Assembly: GCA_015660885.1 (NCBI GenBank)
Contig: JACTUB010000004.1
Location: forward strand, 62,070-126,069
Direction: 5' to 3'
Source of the DNA: Methanoregulaceae archaeon
GTDB taxonomy: Archaea > Halobacteriota > Methanomicrobia > Methanomicrobiales > Methanospirillaceae
DNA length: 64,000 nucleotides
Shown: positions 9,890 through 19,425 of the stretch, piece after piece
Layout of the letters: each line of letters opens with the position of its first letter
Numbering within the stretch: position 1 is the first letter of the stretch
Program-made: the position numbers and the translations under genes
Notes under the pieces: generated by a model
Told to the model about the DNA's origin: nothing
The model's input: only the letters and a program-made list of their open reading frames with translations
The model's database searches: none

Positions 9890-10996
9890 TCACGGGATTT
9901 CCCGGGCCGGATCAAGCAGTATCTCGTGGGGAAGCCCGGTAAGGGCAACCGCTCCCAGAGCACCAATTACGCCATCTCCCCCGTGCAGCGTTATACCGAA
10001 CCTCTCCGCAGTCGCATCGGCTACCGCCCGGGTGATCAGCTGGGTCCGGACACGTCTCCCGTACTCCCTCAGCCCTTCGGGAATTTCGAGCCCGGTCCGG
10101 ATCGCAATTCCCCACTCGTGGGATAACGACTCCCCGGCCACAAACCGCAGCGTTTTTTCCTCAAGATCAGTGTAACTCTCAGGTGAGACGGCCACTTCGA
10201 TGAAACTGGAGGAATTCCCGGCGGTTTTCAAAAATACATCCGGGTTGAGCATCGCTACATGGTGGCTGATCGGCAGAACACCTTTGATCCGGGTGACATG
10301 CGAGAGGAGAGCCAGGGCAAGGGCAAATGTCGCGCCTCCTTCCTTTGAATCAGTATCATCAATGCCAATGGTCACATGCATCAGCGCCCGGGTACGCACA
10401 TCGCCTTCCACGATTTCACCGGCATGCCGGGTCCTGACCTGCATCACCCCTTCCGCACGCGCCATCATATCGGACAACGAGTATGCCGGGCCACCGATGC
10501 AGCGGATGTGCTGGACAACCGTATCCCCGTCCTTTTCAATGCCTGTAACACCGACAGCCGGAAGGGGCGAGAGCCCGACCGGAACCTCACGGGAGCCGAT
10601 CCGGGCACATTCCCGCAGCAGTGTCCCGTCACGCTGCACGCTCACCAGGACACCACCTGCCAGTGCATGATGGTACCCGCAGAAAGCGGCACAAGCTCCG
10701 CTCATGCAGTCATGGTATATCTCGACATTATCTCCATCGATGGTCGTGAAGATCCGCCGGCAGGCACTCGACGGCATTGCGCTGATCGCCACGTAGTGCG
10801 CCGCACTTCTCCCGCGTTTCTCCTCGCGTAAAAGTACGCATCCCTCAGTGAGGAGCCGGTTCACCCAGTCCTGTGCGGTACTGCGGGGAAGGCCGGTTGC
10901 ATGAAAGAGGTCGGTGACGGTAAAAAAACCATTATCGAGCGTGAACTGTCGCATCAGGCGCAGGTATTCGCGCCGTCGCTCAAGTACGCTGGACAT
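9890..10996 (-). CDS. Winged-HTH fused to a methanogenesis marker 11 / TiaS-FLD-like domain
   Basis: N-terminal HTH (FTVTDLFHATGLPRSTAQDWVNRL); Cys/His-rich segment; VTIGIDDTDSKEGGATF motif; overlaps the hom stop codon. Confidence 0.7.
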   Translation of the reverse strand: MSSVLERRREYLRLMRQFTLDNGFFTVTDLFHATGLPRSTAQDWVNRLLTEGCVLLREEKRGRSAAHYVAISAMPSSACRRIFTTIDGDNVEIYHDCMSGACAAFCGYHHALAGGVLVSVQRDGTLLRECARIGSREVPVGLSPLPAVGVTGIEKDGDTVVQHIRCIGGPAYSLSDMMARAEGVMQVRTRHAGEIVEGDVRTRALMHVTIGIDDTDSKEGGATFALALALLSHVTRIKGVLPISHHVAMLNPDVFLKTAGNSSSFIEVAVSPESYTDLEEKTLRFVAGESLSHEWGIAIRTGLEIPEGLREYGRRVRTQLITRAVADATAERFGITLHGGDGVIGALGAVALTGLPHEILLDPAREIP

Positions 10997-11969
10997 AACG
11001 GTCCTGGATGAACAGCAGGTCGCCGATGATGGCGCTTGCTGTCTCGGTGGATCCGGCCCCCCTGCCGATCAGGGTGATCTCCTTTGCCATATCCGTTTCA
11101 AGGGTAAGTGCGTTCAGTGTCCCGTCAACCACCAGTGGGTGGTTCTTTTCAAGGATCCGGGGCGAAACACGGAGTATATGTTTACGGGGAATCGCTTCGG
11201 CAATCAGCCGGATGGTACACCCTTCATCCTCTGCCAGCCGTAATGCATCGGGAGTCAGGAGATCGATGCCAGTACGATCGACGTCATTCAACCCTATGCT
11301 GTTCCCCCAGATAGTATTTGCAAGGATCACGAGCTTGATCGCCGCGTCTATTCCCTGTACGTCATAGGTGGGATCCGCCTCCGCATATCCCATCTCGCGG
11401 GCTTCCATCAATGCCTGCTCGTAGGTAAGTCCTTCATCCGCCATACGGGTGAGAATGTAGTTGCAGGTACCGTTCAGCACGCCATAGAGCGCAAGGATCT
11501 CGTTGCCGGCAAGCCCGTGTTCCAGGGTATGCATGACGGGAACTGCACCCGCTACGGTTGCTTCGTACCGCAGGGCCACGCCGTTTTTAAGTGCCAGTGC
11601 ATGAAGTTCCTTGTAGGCAAGGGCGATTGGTCCTTTATTTGAGGTTACCACGTGTTTCTTCCGTATCAGGGCTGTTTTGATATACCCGATGGCAGGTTCT
11701 CCGGTAAGAGCATTGGTGGGGGTCACTTCGACGAGAGCATCGTAATCCGCTTTTTTTATCACATCGGCAGCGGATATTTCCCGGTCGCCGCAGTAGCCGT
11801 TCCTGCTCTTGTTTAAGAGGAGGTTTGCAATGTCAAGTCCGTCAGGTTCCACGCATCCGCTTTTCGAATCGGCAATCCCGGTAATCGTAATACCGAGATC
11901 TTTTCGTGCAATCACCCCGGCGACCCCTTTACCTACCGAACCCAGGCCTATTAACGCAACCTTCATCAT
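10980..11969 (-). CDS. hom: Homoserine dehydrogenase
   Basis: IGLGSVG Rossmann motif; VVTSNKGP, YEATVAG, GVLNGTCNYIL, EADPTYDVQGIDAAIK motifs. Confidence 0.97.
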   Translation of the reverse strand: MMKVALIGLGSVGKGVAGVIARKDLGITITGIADSKSGCVEPDGLDIANLLLNKSRNGYCGDREISAADVIKKADYDALVEVTPTNALTGEPAIGYIKTALIRKKHVVTSNKGPIALAYKELHALALKNGVALRYEATVAGAVPVMHTLEHGLAGNEILALYGVLNGTCNYILTRMADEGLTYEQALMEAREMGYAEADPTYDVQGIDAAIKLVILANTIWGNSIGLNDVDRTGIDLLTPDALRLAEDEGCTIRLIAEAIPRKHILRVSPRILEKNHPLVVDGTLNALTLETDMAKEITLIGRGAGSTETASAIIGDLLFIQDRYVQRT

Positions 11970-12469
11970 GCAATCTCCTCGAGAGGTTCAATCAGGAGCA
12001 GGGACTTCTGGATGGATACCCGGCGGAGAATTGCAAGCGCTGCTTCCATGTCATGCTTGCTTACCGCTTTAATAGTTATCCGTGAAGTAGATCGCTCGTG
12101 CACCGCTGGCATGCTCATCGCGAGTTCACAGACTTCTGCAAAGCCGGTAGAGTCAATCTGGTCAACGGTATCGGAGAGATCGGTGTGCATCAGATGCCCG
12201 ATCAGGATTACCGTCCTTTTATAAAGAAGCCGTTCCTCACCGATCCGCTGGATGTGCACTCCCTGTTCCTTGAGAAGCGCTACGAGTCGTTCGAGGCGCC
12301 CTTCCGGCAAATCGAGCACGATCTGCACGTTTAGGGTATCATCATCCAGATCGGGTTCACGCTGGTGAATGACCGCGATGATATTCCCCCCTACTTCAGA
12401 CATGGGTTTGAGGGCAGCAACCAGCTGACCCGGAGAATCCTTCATCTCAAGTTTCATGGAAACCTGCAC
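11966..12469 (-). CDS. ACT-domain amino-acid-binding protein (probable Hom regulator)
   Basis: MKDSPGQL...GGNIIAVIH ACT motif; 4-bp overlap with hom. Confidence 0.88.
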   Translation of the reverse strand: MQVSMKLEMKDSPGQLVAALKPMSEVGGNIIAVIHQREPDLDDDTLNVQIVLDLPEGRLERLVALLKEQGVHIQRIGEERLLYKRTVILIGHLMHTDLSDTVDQIDSTGFAEVCELAMSMPAVHERSTSRITIKAVSKHDMEAALAILRRVSIQKSLLLIEPLEEIA

Positions 12470-12683
12470 GAGACCACCTGTCCAGTAGTAGATCGGCTTT
12501 CAAGATAAGTCTTTTATTTTGAAGATCCGGAGAAACTCTGGTACCATGATCATGGTACTTGAATATCCTGCTGGATTCTGTCCAACGGTATGGGTATAGG
12601 AACAAGAACAGGGATATATGGGATGGGAGAAACCTTTTTTCACGTAGGTTTTTCGCAGCCTTCCCAAAAGCTGTCGCATCACG

Positions 12684-12871
12684 GGGGATCCCCCGGCAGC
12701 TGGGGCAATAAAATTGCCGGAGACGTCAAAAAAGTGACCATTTAATAAAACATTACTTTCCCGGAAAATTATAGTATGCACGGGCTCACCCGCCTCAGGG
12801 CCTCACCGGGGCAACGCGGGGCTGGGAGGTTTTCACCGATCCGCCGCGGGGGCACCCGTCAGGGGTGGCGG
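12684..12871. repeat. Dispersed structured intergenic repeat, copy A
   Basis: 12704-12762 matches 15219-15276 at 49 of 59 positions; second shared block CACYGATCCGCCGCG; GGCAAT/ATTGCC dyad. Confidence 0.75.
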
Positions 12872-13049
12872 TGGTTATCTTATTTGGGGAGAGTGAGGTA
12901 CCAATCCCATATCATATCTGAATAACATGATTTTCACGATTCAGGAACAAACTCTTTGTTCATGTGGGTTTCTCCAGAACTTTGGAACATGAAAAATTGG
13001 TAATTGAAATGGTATTTCTATACCCTGAAATACCAAAAAAAATGATTTT

Positions 13050-13871
13050 TCAAAGCTTCCGGAGTTTTTTATCCACCTTCTCAAAGAAATTACGTTTAAC
13101 GTCGACAAAGAGCGCCGGATATTCAGACCGTCTCACTCCAATTGTCATTGAGGATCCCACGCCGATCGTCTTCTGGCCATCGATAACGAGATGGGCAGGT
13201 TTTGCACTATCCAGTTTGATTTCAAGGTGGCGGTCGCTGCTTATCAGATGAGGGCGGGATGACAACATGTACGGGGCGAGTGGAACCAGTAAAAATCCCT
13301 GGATTCGTGGGTCAACGATAGGTCCTCCTGCACTCATTGCATAGGCGGTAGAACCGGTCGGCGTACTGATCAACAGGCCATCAGCACGGAACTCCTCGGT
13401 CGTGATGTTATCAACAAGAATGGAAAATTTCAGCATCTTTGCCGGTCGGGTGGTCACTATTAACCCTTCATTCAGTGCATTTCCCAGGCAGGTGTCACCA
13501 TTGGACAGCATGATTCTCATCCGTTCTTCAACGGAAAAACCCAAAGGCAGGTTTTGTATAAATTCCAGTGCCTCAGAAGGTTCAAGATCCGCAAGAAAAC
13601 CAACCTCGCCCCAGTTGACGCCAAGTACCGGGATGGGGCGGGGCATCTGCTGGATCGCGCGGAGGATAGTGCCGTCTCCCCCGATCGCAATGACAATCTC
13701 CTCGTTCGCATCTGCGAAAGAACAGCCGGGTAGCCCCAGAGCGATAGCTGTATCGCGGTCGTATACTACATCGGATCCTTCTTTTTCAAGAACCGTTCTG
13801 ACTTTCTCAGCAAATGCAAGCGCATCCCGGTTGTCAATCCGCGAAACAAGCAGTATCCTCATAATAATCAC
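13050..13871 (-). CDS. nadK: NAD(+) kinase
   Basis: [21 protein letters not shown] and [21 protein letters not shown] motifs. Confidence 0.96.
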   Translation of the reverse strand: MIIMRILLVSRIDNRDALAFAEKVRTVLEKEGSDVVYDRDTAIALGLPGCSFADANEEIVIAIGGDGTILRAIQQMPRPIPVLGVNWGEVGFLADLEPSEALEFIQNLPLGFSVEERMRIMLSNGDTCLGNALNEGLIVTTRPAKMLKFSILVDNITTEEFRADGLLISTPTGSTAYAMSAGGPIVDPRIQGFLLVPLAPYMLSSRPHLISSDRHLEIKLDSAKPAHLVIDGQKTIGVGSSMTIGVRRSEYPALFVDVKRNFFEKVDKKLRKL

Positions 13872-14644
13872 CGCAGGTACTCGATTACCTTATGGTGGAG
13901 TACCCCGTTTGTGGCAACGAGACACCGCCCGATTGTCACCTCATTCGGAAACCGGATCCCCTTACCTTCGAGATCCGAAACTATCCCGCCTGCTTCAGTA
14001 CACACAAGCATCCCGGCAGCAGCATCGGTCACTCTCAGCGTTCCCCGGAGATCGATAAAACCGTCAATCCTCCCGCAGCCGATATAACAAAGTTCCAGAG
14101 CAGAGGCCCCCAGCAGACGCCACCGTCGGATCTTCTGCCCGAGCTGCATCATACGGGTGGGATCAAATTTTCTTCCGTAGACGCTCATTGCAGATTCATC
14201 CAGCTGGGAGACATCCGATACCCTGATGGGTTTGTTGTCGCACCGCGCGTATTTCCCCTTTATGGCCGTGAATGTTTCTCCACTTGCCAGGTTGCGAATG
14301 AATGCCTGCTGCACAACCCCATGCTCAGCATAGGCAATGGAAAGTGCATAGAAGGGTATCCCTGCAAGGGCATTGAACGTCCCGTCCACCGGATCAAGAA
14401 AGATGGTGCCACCGTTTCCCTGGAATTTAACCTTTCCGGCCTCTTCACTCACCAGGAGGGAGCAGAGGTGATGCTCCTGTAAAAAAGAGATAATACAATC
14501 CTCTGCCACCTGATCTATCTTTTTTGTCGGGGTGAGATCCGCACCCATCTTCACCGTCACACCTCCTTCAGGTGTTCCCGTAAGATCGCGGATACTCTCT
14601 TCTACCAGTTCTGCCATCTGATTGCATGCAGTAATAAATTCCAT
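13868..14644 (-). CDS. suhB: Inositol-monophosphatase/FBPase family phosphatase (possibly NADP phosphatase)
   Basis: [12 protein letters not shown] and DAAAG motifs; 4-bp overlap with nadK. Confidence 0.88.
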   Translation of the reverse strand: MEFITACNQMAELVEESIRDLTGTPEGGVTVKMGADLTPTKKIDQVAEDCIISFLQEHHLCSLLVSEEAGKVKFQGNGGTIFLDPVDGTFNALAGIPFYALSIAYAEHGVVQQAFIRNLASGETFTAIKGKYARCDNKPIRVSDVSQLDESAMSVYGRKFDPTRMMQLGQKIRRWRLLGASALELCYIGCGRIDGFIDLRGTLRVTDAAAGMLVCTEAGGIVSDLEGKGIRFPNEVTIGRCLVATNGVLHHKVIEYLR

Positions 14645-14741
14645 GCCCCGGACTTCCCTTTTCTACGCTGTATTTATGTAATGCAATAGTGATAAATTAC
14701 TACCGCGTTTACGATATGTGGTTATTCCAGGTGTGAATGAA

Positions 14742-15119
14742 ATGAAAGAGCAGACCGAAATAGGGAAGATAAAAGAGGGACGCTATATTGTAATCGAAGA
14801 CGAGCCGTGCAGGGTGCTCGGTATTGCCACATCTAAGCCGGGGAAGCATGGTGCTGCAAAAGCACGGATTGATGCTGTAGGAATCTTTGACGGCGTGAAA
14901 CGATCTATCGTCCAGCCGGTATCGGCAAAGGCATACATTCCGGTTGTTGAACGTAAGAGCGGCCAGGTTATCTCGATTGCCGGGAATACGGCACAGTTGA
15001 TGGACATGAAAGACTTTTCAAACTTTGAAATTCCCATACCCGAGGACAGGAAAGCCCATGTAGAGGTGGGTAAAGAGATCGTGTATATTGAATCCATGGG
15101 AAAGAGAAAGATCGATTAA
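14742..15119 (+). CDS. eif5A: Translation factor aIF5A
   Basis: SKPGKHGAAK hypusination motif; start set at ATG 14742 after an AGGTGTGA Shine-Dalgarno-like sequence. Confidence 0.96.
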   Translation: MKEQTEIGKIKEGRYIVIEDEPCRVLGIATSKPGKHGAAKARIDAVGIFDGVKRSIVQPVSAKAYIPVVERKSGQVISIAGNTAQLMDMKDFSNFEIPIPEDRKAHVEVGKEIVYIESMGKRKID

Positions 15120-15191
15120 GTAAAAACTGGCGTCGGCAGAAACCTTTTTTTCATATAATTTTTTCGCCAAAAGATACTAAATCGTATTATT

Positions 15192-15396
15192 GGGGATGTT
15201 CCAGCAGCGGGGGCTAAAGGCAATAAATTGCCGGAGACCTCGAAAAAGCCTCCATTCAATCAAACGGTACTTTCCCATGAAAGCCATCGCATTTATGAGA
15301 ACTGCCCGCCATTGGGATTCTCTGAGGCACGGCGGGGCACGGGATTTTTTAGAATTTTAGTCACTGATCCGCCGCGAGGGCGCCCTGTCGGCGGGC
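15192..15396. repeat. Dispersed structured intergenic repeat, copy B
   Basis: Same-orientation diverged copy of 12684-12871. Confidence 0.75.
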
Positions 15397-15636
15397 ATTC
15401 ATCGTTAACGGAGACAGGGACTCTTTCGTTAAATCTGGAATACTACTATTTTCACGATGTAGATGCAAATTTTTTGTTCATGAGAGTTTTTTCAGGAGCC
15501 GAAAAATAAAATTATTTTATAAAAGATCTGTTCAATTTTTTCTCTGGCCCTGTCAACCGGCAATGGGTGGTATTCTCTGCAGTTGAAACTACCTTCAAGG
15601 TATAGTCTGATATCAGCTTTTCAGGAAAATGCAAAA

Positions 15637-16407
15637 TTAGTATGTCCCGATATATTTTGTCGGGACCCTGATATCGATGCTGTACGAGTTAAGCGACTCC
15701 GATGTGATGGTAAAATAATAACTTCGATGTCCCTCGTAGAATTTTTCAGTCCACGGCCGGGGATCGTTAGTCCCCTCCCACAGGTTCAGGTTAATCCCAC
15801 CCGGGGGACTGATCGTTCGGACGATACGATTGGGATCAGTGGCATCGATCACCTGGAGGGTAAAATCAGGAATCACGCCGGAATAGGAGCCCTGTACACC
15901 ACTATATGATATTCCCTCTCCCTGTGTCGAAATAACCTGAAGTGAACCCGGTTCCGCTGCTGGTACGGGATCAACGGTGTAGACGAGCTCCCAGTAGGGG
16001 AAGGGAATTTTTATGATCTGGGTCGTCCCGCTGTATTTTCCGGAAATTTTGGCATAGGAAGTCATGCTGGTGTCCACAGGATTGGTGTCAAACCGGGTTC
16101 CATTCGGGAAAGTATCGCCAAATGTTACGCCATAGGATGACGGATTGACAAATCCTATTGTTATGACATTCTTGTCCCACGTGGGAACTGGTGTCGGGAC
16201 AGGTGTTGACAGGGAAGTCTTTGGGATTACTACAAGAGTCACCGTGTCTGCAGGGGATGGGGTAACATGGATTGTGGATTGCGGAGTCGCAGCTACGGGA
16301 AGACCTGTATTGAGGGGTTTGCCGGTTACCATCGGTTTTATGACAAGGGCCACAACAAGGATAATGACCAGTGCACCCACCGCATACATGACAGATTTTT
16401 TGTCCAT
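15637..16407 (-). CDS. Membrane-anchored exported hypothetical protein (paralog of 47667-48320)
   Basis: MDKK + TM helix, Pro/Thr linker (TPVPTPVPT), GTTQIIKIPFPYW motif; start set at ATG 16407. Confidence 0.75.
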   Translation of the reverse strand: MDKKSVMYAVGALVIILVVALVIKPMVTGKPLNTGLPVAATPQSTIHVTPSPADTVTLVVIPKTSLSTPVPTPVPTWDKNVITIGFVNPSSYGVTFGDTFPNGTRFDTNPVDTSMTSYAKISGKYSGTTQIIKIPFPYWELVYTVDPVPAAEPGSLQVISTQGEGISYSGVQGSYSGVIPDFTLQVIDATDPNRIVRTISPPGGINLNLWEGTNDPRPWTEKFYEGHRSYYFTITSESLNSYSIDIRVPTKYIGTY

Positions 16408-16610
16408 GGTAGAAGTGGTAAAAGTATGTTGGTTTCTTACCATAAATACTGCATACGCATGTGAGAATAAGCGGAAAGACAAAAATTTATCATCTGAAAT
16501 ATGAATAGTTCACGATGGTGGCGAAAGTTCGGTCGGGTTTTTTCCCATGATTTCGAGAATTTTCGCTGAAAAAACCTCAAAAACCAGATCAAAAGAAGGC
16601 ACGAAAGAGG

Positions 16611-16622
16611 AAAATATTTATA
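16611..16622 (+). promoter_or_regulatory. Putative BRE/TATA of the first archaellin gene
   Basis: AAAATATTTATA preceded by a purine run, ~70 nt upstream of the ATG. Confidence 0.5.
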
Positions 16623-16691
16623 TTACAAAATCAATTTAAGAAACAGGGACGGTGGAATCCCATTGTCCTCTCAGTGTATGAAGGTTGAAGT

Positions 16692-17249
16692 ATGAAATCC
16701 ATGAAACGTAATGATGAAGGGTTCACCGGCCTAGAGGCAGCGATTGTGCTTATCGCATTCGTTGTCGTCGCGGCGGTGTTCTCATATGTCGTACTCGGCG
16801 CCGGGTTCTTTACAACCCAGAAAGCCCAGGAGACGGTTTACAAAGGTGTTGAACAATCGACTGCAAACATCCAGATGATAGGGAACGTCTATGGACTCTC
16901 CACAGATAATAATTCCATTACCAGTATCACATTCGTTATTGGTCTTGCTCCCGGTGCGTCGGCACTTGATTTGACCAAGATGAACATTGTCTTCTCCACG
17001 CCAGCCACTGCCCCGATCATTCTCAATCAGACTACAGGAAGTGCATCCACGACTTCATTCACCACTATGATTGGTACTACCCATGTCACTTCAATAAATC
17101 CCAACGATCAGGTAGAGATCCTATTCAATACAGCCGCGGTATCAGCGAATACCAGAATGACTATTGAGTTGAGACCATCTGTTGGGGCTGCTTTACCCTT
17201 CTCAAAGACGGCTCCTGCAACGATTGCTAATACGAATGTTCTCTATTAA
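16692..17249 (+). CDS. arlB: Archaellin (copy 1)
   Basis: Class III signal peptide ...NDEG|FTGLEAAIVLIAFVVVAAVFSY; NNS and NQT sequons. Confidence 0.95.
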   Translation: MKSMKRNDEGFTGLEAAIVLIAFVVVAAVFSYVVLGAGFFTTQKAQETVYKGVEQSTANIQMIGNVYGLSTDNNSITSITFVIGLAPGASALDLTKMNIVFSTPATAPIILNQTTGSASTTSFTTMIGTTHVTSINPNDQVEILFNTAAVSANTRMTIELRPSVGAALPFSKTAPATIANTNVLY

Positions 17250-17263
17250 TCTCTCCTTTTTTT
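17250..17263 (+). terminator. Oligo-T terminator after arlB1
   Basis: TCTCTCCTTTTTTT immediately after the stop codon. Confidence 0.5.
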
Positions 17264-17512
17264 AAACGCACGGTCGCACACTTTGATCATTCCGGTCACA
17301 GGTTTCTCTCATAAAACTGATGGGAGGATTTTCCTGCAGAAAACACTTTATTATCCTCAATGAATTTATTTGTGAAATTACCCTCGTTGAAAAGATGAAT
17401 GGGTTTTTTAAACAATAATATTCATTGATTTTCTGAATTCGGATCATTAAGAGAAGATTATAAGATACTCTAATTAAATCTCACTTTATACATATCACTC
17501 TAAGGAAATCTC

Positions 17513-18073
17513 ATGTCCCTTAAAAATAACACGTCAGATGCTTTTACCGGTCTTGAGGCAGCGATTGTGCTCATCGCATTCGTTGTCGTTGCTGCCGTCT
17601 TTTCATACGTAATACTTGGCGCCGGCTTTTTCACAACCCAGAAAGCCCAGGAGACTGTGTACAAAAGTGTGGAACAATCAACGACAAACCTCCTGTTGAT
17701 AGGCAACGTCTATGGACTGTCAACAGATAATAATTCCATTACCGAGATCAGATTCTCTATTGGTCTTGCACCCGGTGCCCCAAGCATTGATTTAACAAAA
17801 TTCAAGGTTGCCTTTTCCACACCCAGCTCTGATCTGGTAATCCTTACCCTGGGTAATACTTCTTCTCAAACCCATTTCACTGCCAAGGAAGGCGGTGCAG
17901 GATCCAGCCTCAATTCTATGGTACAAAACCAGCAAATCGAAATTGCATTCAATGTTATTCCGGTTCCCGTGAATACTGTTGTAAATATTGAACTCAGACC
18001 ATCCGTAGGTGGTGCATTACCATTCTCCAAAACAACCCCGGCAACTATAACCGTTACGAACGTGTTATCTTAA
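17513..18073 (+). CDS. arlB: Archaellin (copy 2)
   Basis: ...TSDA|FTGLEAAIVLIAFVVVAAVFSY; paralog of copy 1. Confidence 0.95.
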   Translation: MSLKNNTSDAFTGLEAAIVLIAFVVVAAVFSYVILGAGFFTTQKAQETVYKSVEQSTTNLLLIGNVYGLSTDNNSITEIRFSIGLAPGAPSIDLTKFKVAFSTPSSDLVILTLGNTSSQTHFTAKEGGAGSSLNSMVQNQQIEIAFNVIPVPVNTVVNIELRPSVGGALPFSKTTPATITVTNVLS

Positions 18074-18405
18074 AAAAAATGTCTTTTTTTGAAAAGAACT
18101 GAATTTGTTCCTAACATTATCCAACTTCTGCAATTTTTTACGATAAGATGACTGAATTCCGACAGATAGAAGAAACTATTGAGAATAAATGACTGTTCTT
18201 TTCAGATGATGAATTTTTATAAACGGATCTATCCCCCTATAATATTGCTGAGAAATAGGATAGCAACAACAACGCATGACGTTGCCATCGCGATTTACTC
18301 AGCAGGGTTAACGGCAGAGAGTATCATTCACTCACTAATAAAAGGAGGTGTACTTAATTAAAAAGGAAGGATTCTAAAAAGCAAATTTTTTAATTACCTT
18401 AAAAT

Positions 18406-19425
18406 TCATTCTAAGTTTGGAGGAGATAATTTTTGAGGAAGACTGTAATTATTTGAAGGAGGTGTCTTGAGATAGATCGTTTCAATTTTTTTGATCTTCG
18501 CGATTTCAGCGATGACCAGATACATATGGATTATTGCAAGCTCCACATCGTCTTTTGACACATTTTCCCGCAATCCTTTTGTTTTTTCACGGTTGTGTTC
18601 AGATTTTGCAAATATATACGCCATCTCAGATTCGATCATGGATACCGCCGGATCATTTCTTGAATTCTGTTCAATATAGGAAAAGATCCGGTTAAGGTAC
18701 TGGTCCGATTCCAGGCTCCGTTCTTTGCCTCTTTTATCCAGATAAATTTTTTCCCGCACCGGAACAACGGTATCGGCTACCGTGATTAAGATTTTCTGCA
18801 CGGCACCAAGAGCTTGTGAAAAGGAATCCGGATCATAATATCTCATTCTCTCGTTTATCTCGAGAAGCTGCTCTCCTGCCCTGGGACAATTCTCCCGGAT
18901 AAATTTGTCTGCTGCCAGACGCGTATCTTCAAAAATATCTTCCGCAAAATCGCCGACCGAGAGCGAAATATTGACCTCCGTTATATAATTATGGATAGTG
19001 GTTTTAAGGCGTTCAAAATCATTTACCAGCTCGTGATGTTTATTCAGGATCTGCATCTTCTGGCTTTCGTTTGCCCCTATTTTTGCTACAGATTCGATTT
19101 TTGTAGAATTGATGTACGATTCAAGATGGGGAAGACCGATGGAATGGGGACGGTGAGTCTTTTCATCCCGTATTACCGGGCGATCATCGGTATAATATTT
19201 CTTGCAGGAACCCAGTTCATCCGGATCAAATACCACAGGATAGCCCATTATTTCATAGTCCAGCCATTTCTGGGCGTCAGAATCATGCAACATCCGGGCC
19301 AGTCGTTTTGCTTTCATCAGGATCTGCGATATGGGTAACTGGTTGATCTCCAAATCTCCAAGAATGACATTAGACAATTCTTTTGCCATCCTCAGGTTGG
19401 AATTCTGATAATCATCCATAACCAT
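18406..19425 (-). CDS. AbiTii-like domain protein (possible defence/toxin-associated)
   Basis: ISQILMKAKRLARMLHDSDAQKWLDYEIMGYP resembles the AbiTii N-terminal domain; AT-rich; antisense to the arl genes. Confidence 0.65.
   Translation of the reverse strand: MVMDDYQNSNLRMAKELSNVILGDLEINQLPISQILMKAKRLARMLHDSDAQKWLDYEIMGYPVVFDPDELGSCKKYYTDDRPVIRDEKTHRPHSIGLPHLESYINSTKIESVAKIGANESQKMQILNKHHELVNDFERLKTTIHNYITEVNISLSVGDFAEDIFEDTRLAADKFIRENCPRAGEQLLEINERMRYYDPDSFSQALGAVQKILITVADTVVPVREKIYLDKRGKERSLESDQYLNRIFSYIEQNSRNDPAVSMIESEMAYIFAKSEHNREKTKGLRENVSKDDVELAIIHMYLVIAEIAKIKKIETIYLKTPPSNNYSLPQKLSPPNLE

Noticed and set aside
12781-12880. GC-rich tract as SRP RNA, RNase P RNA or tRNA
   Set aside because: Too short and lacks the SRP helix-8, RNase P P4 and tRNA T-loop motifs; explained instead as part of the dispersed repeat
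17488-17493. TACATA as an EarA activator site
   Set aside because: Single copy that overlaps the putative TATA box; EarA sites are known from Methanococcales as multiple upstream copies
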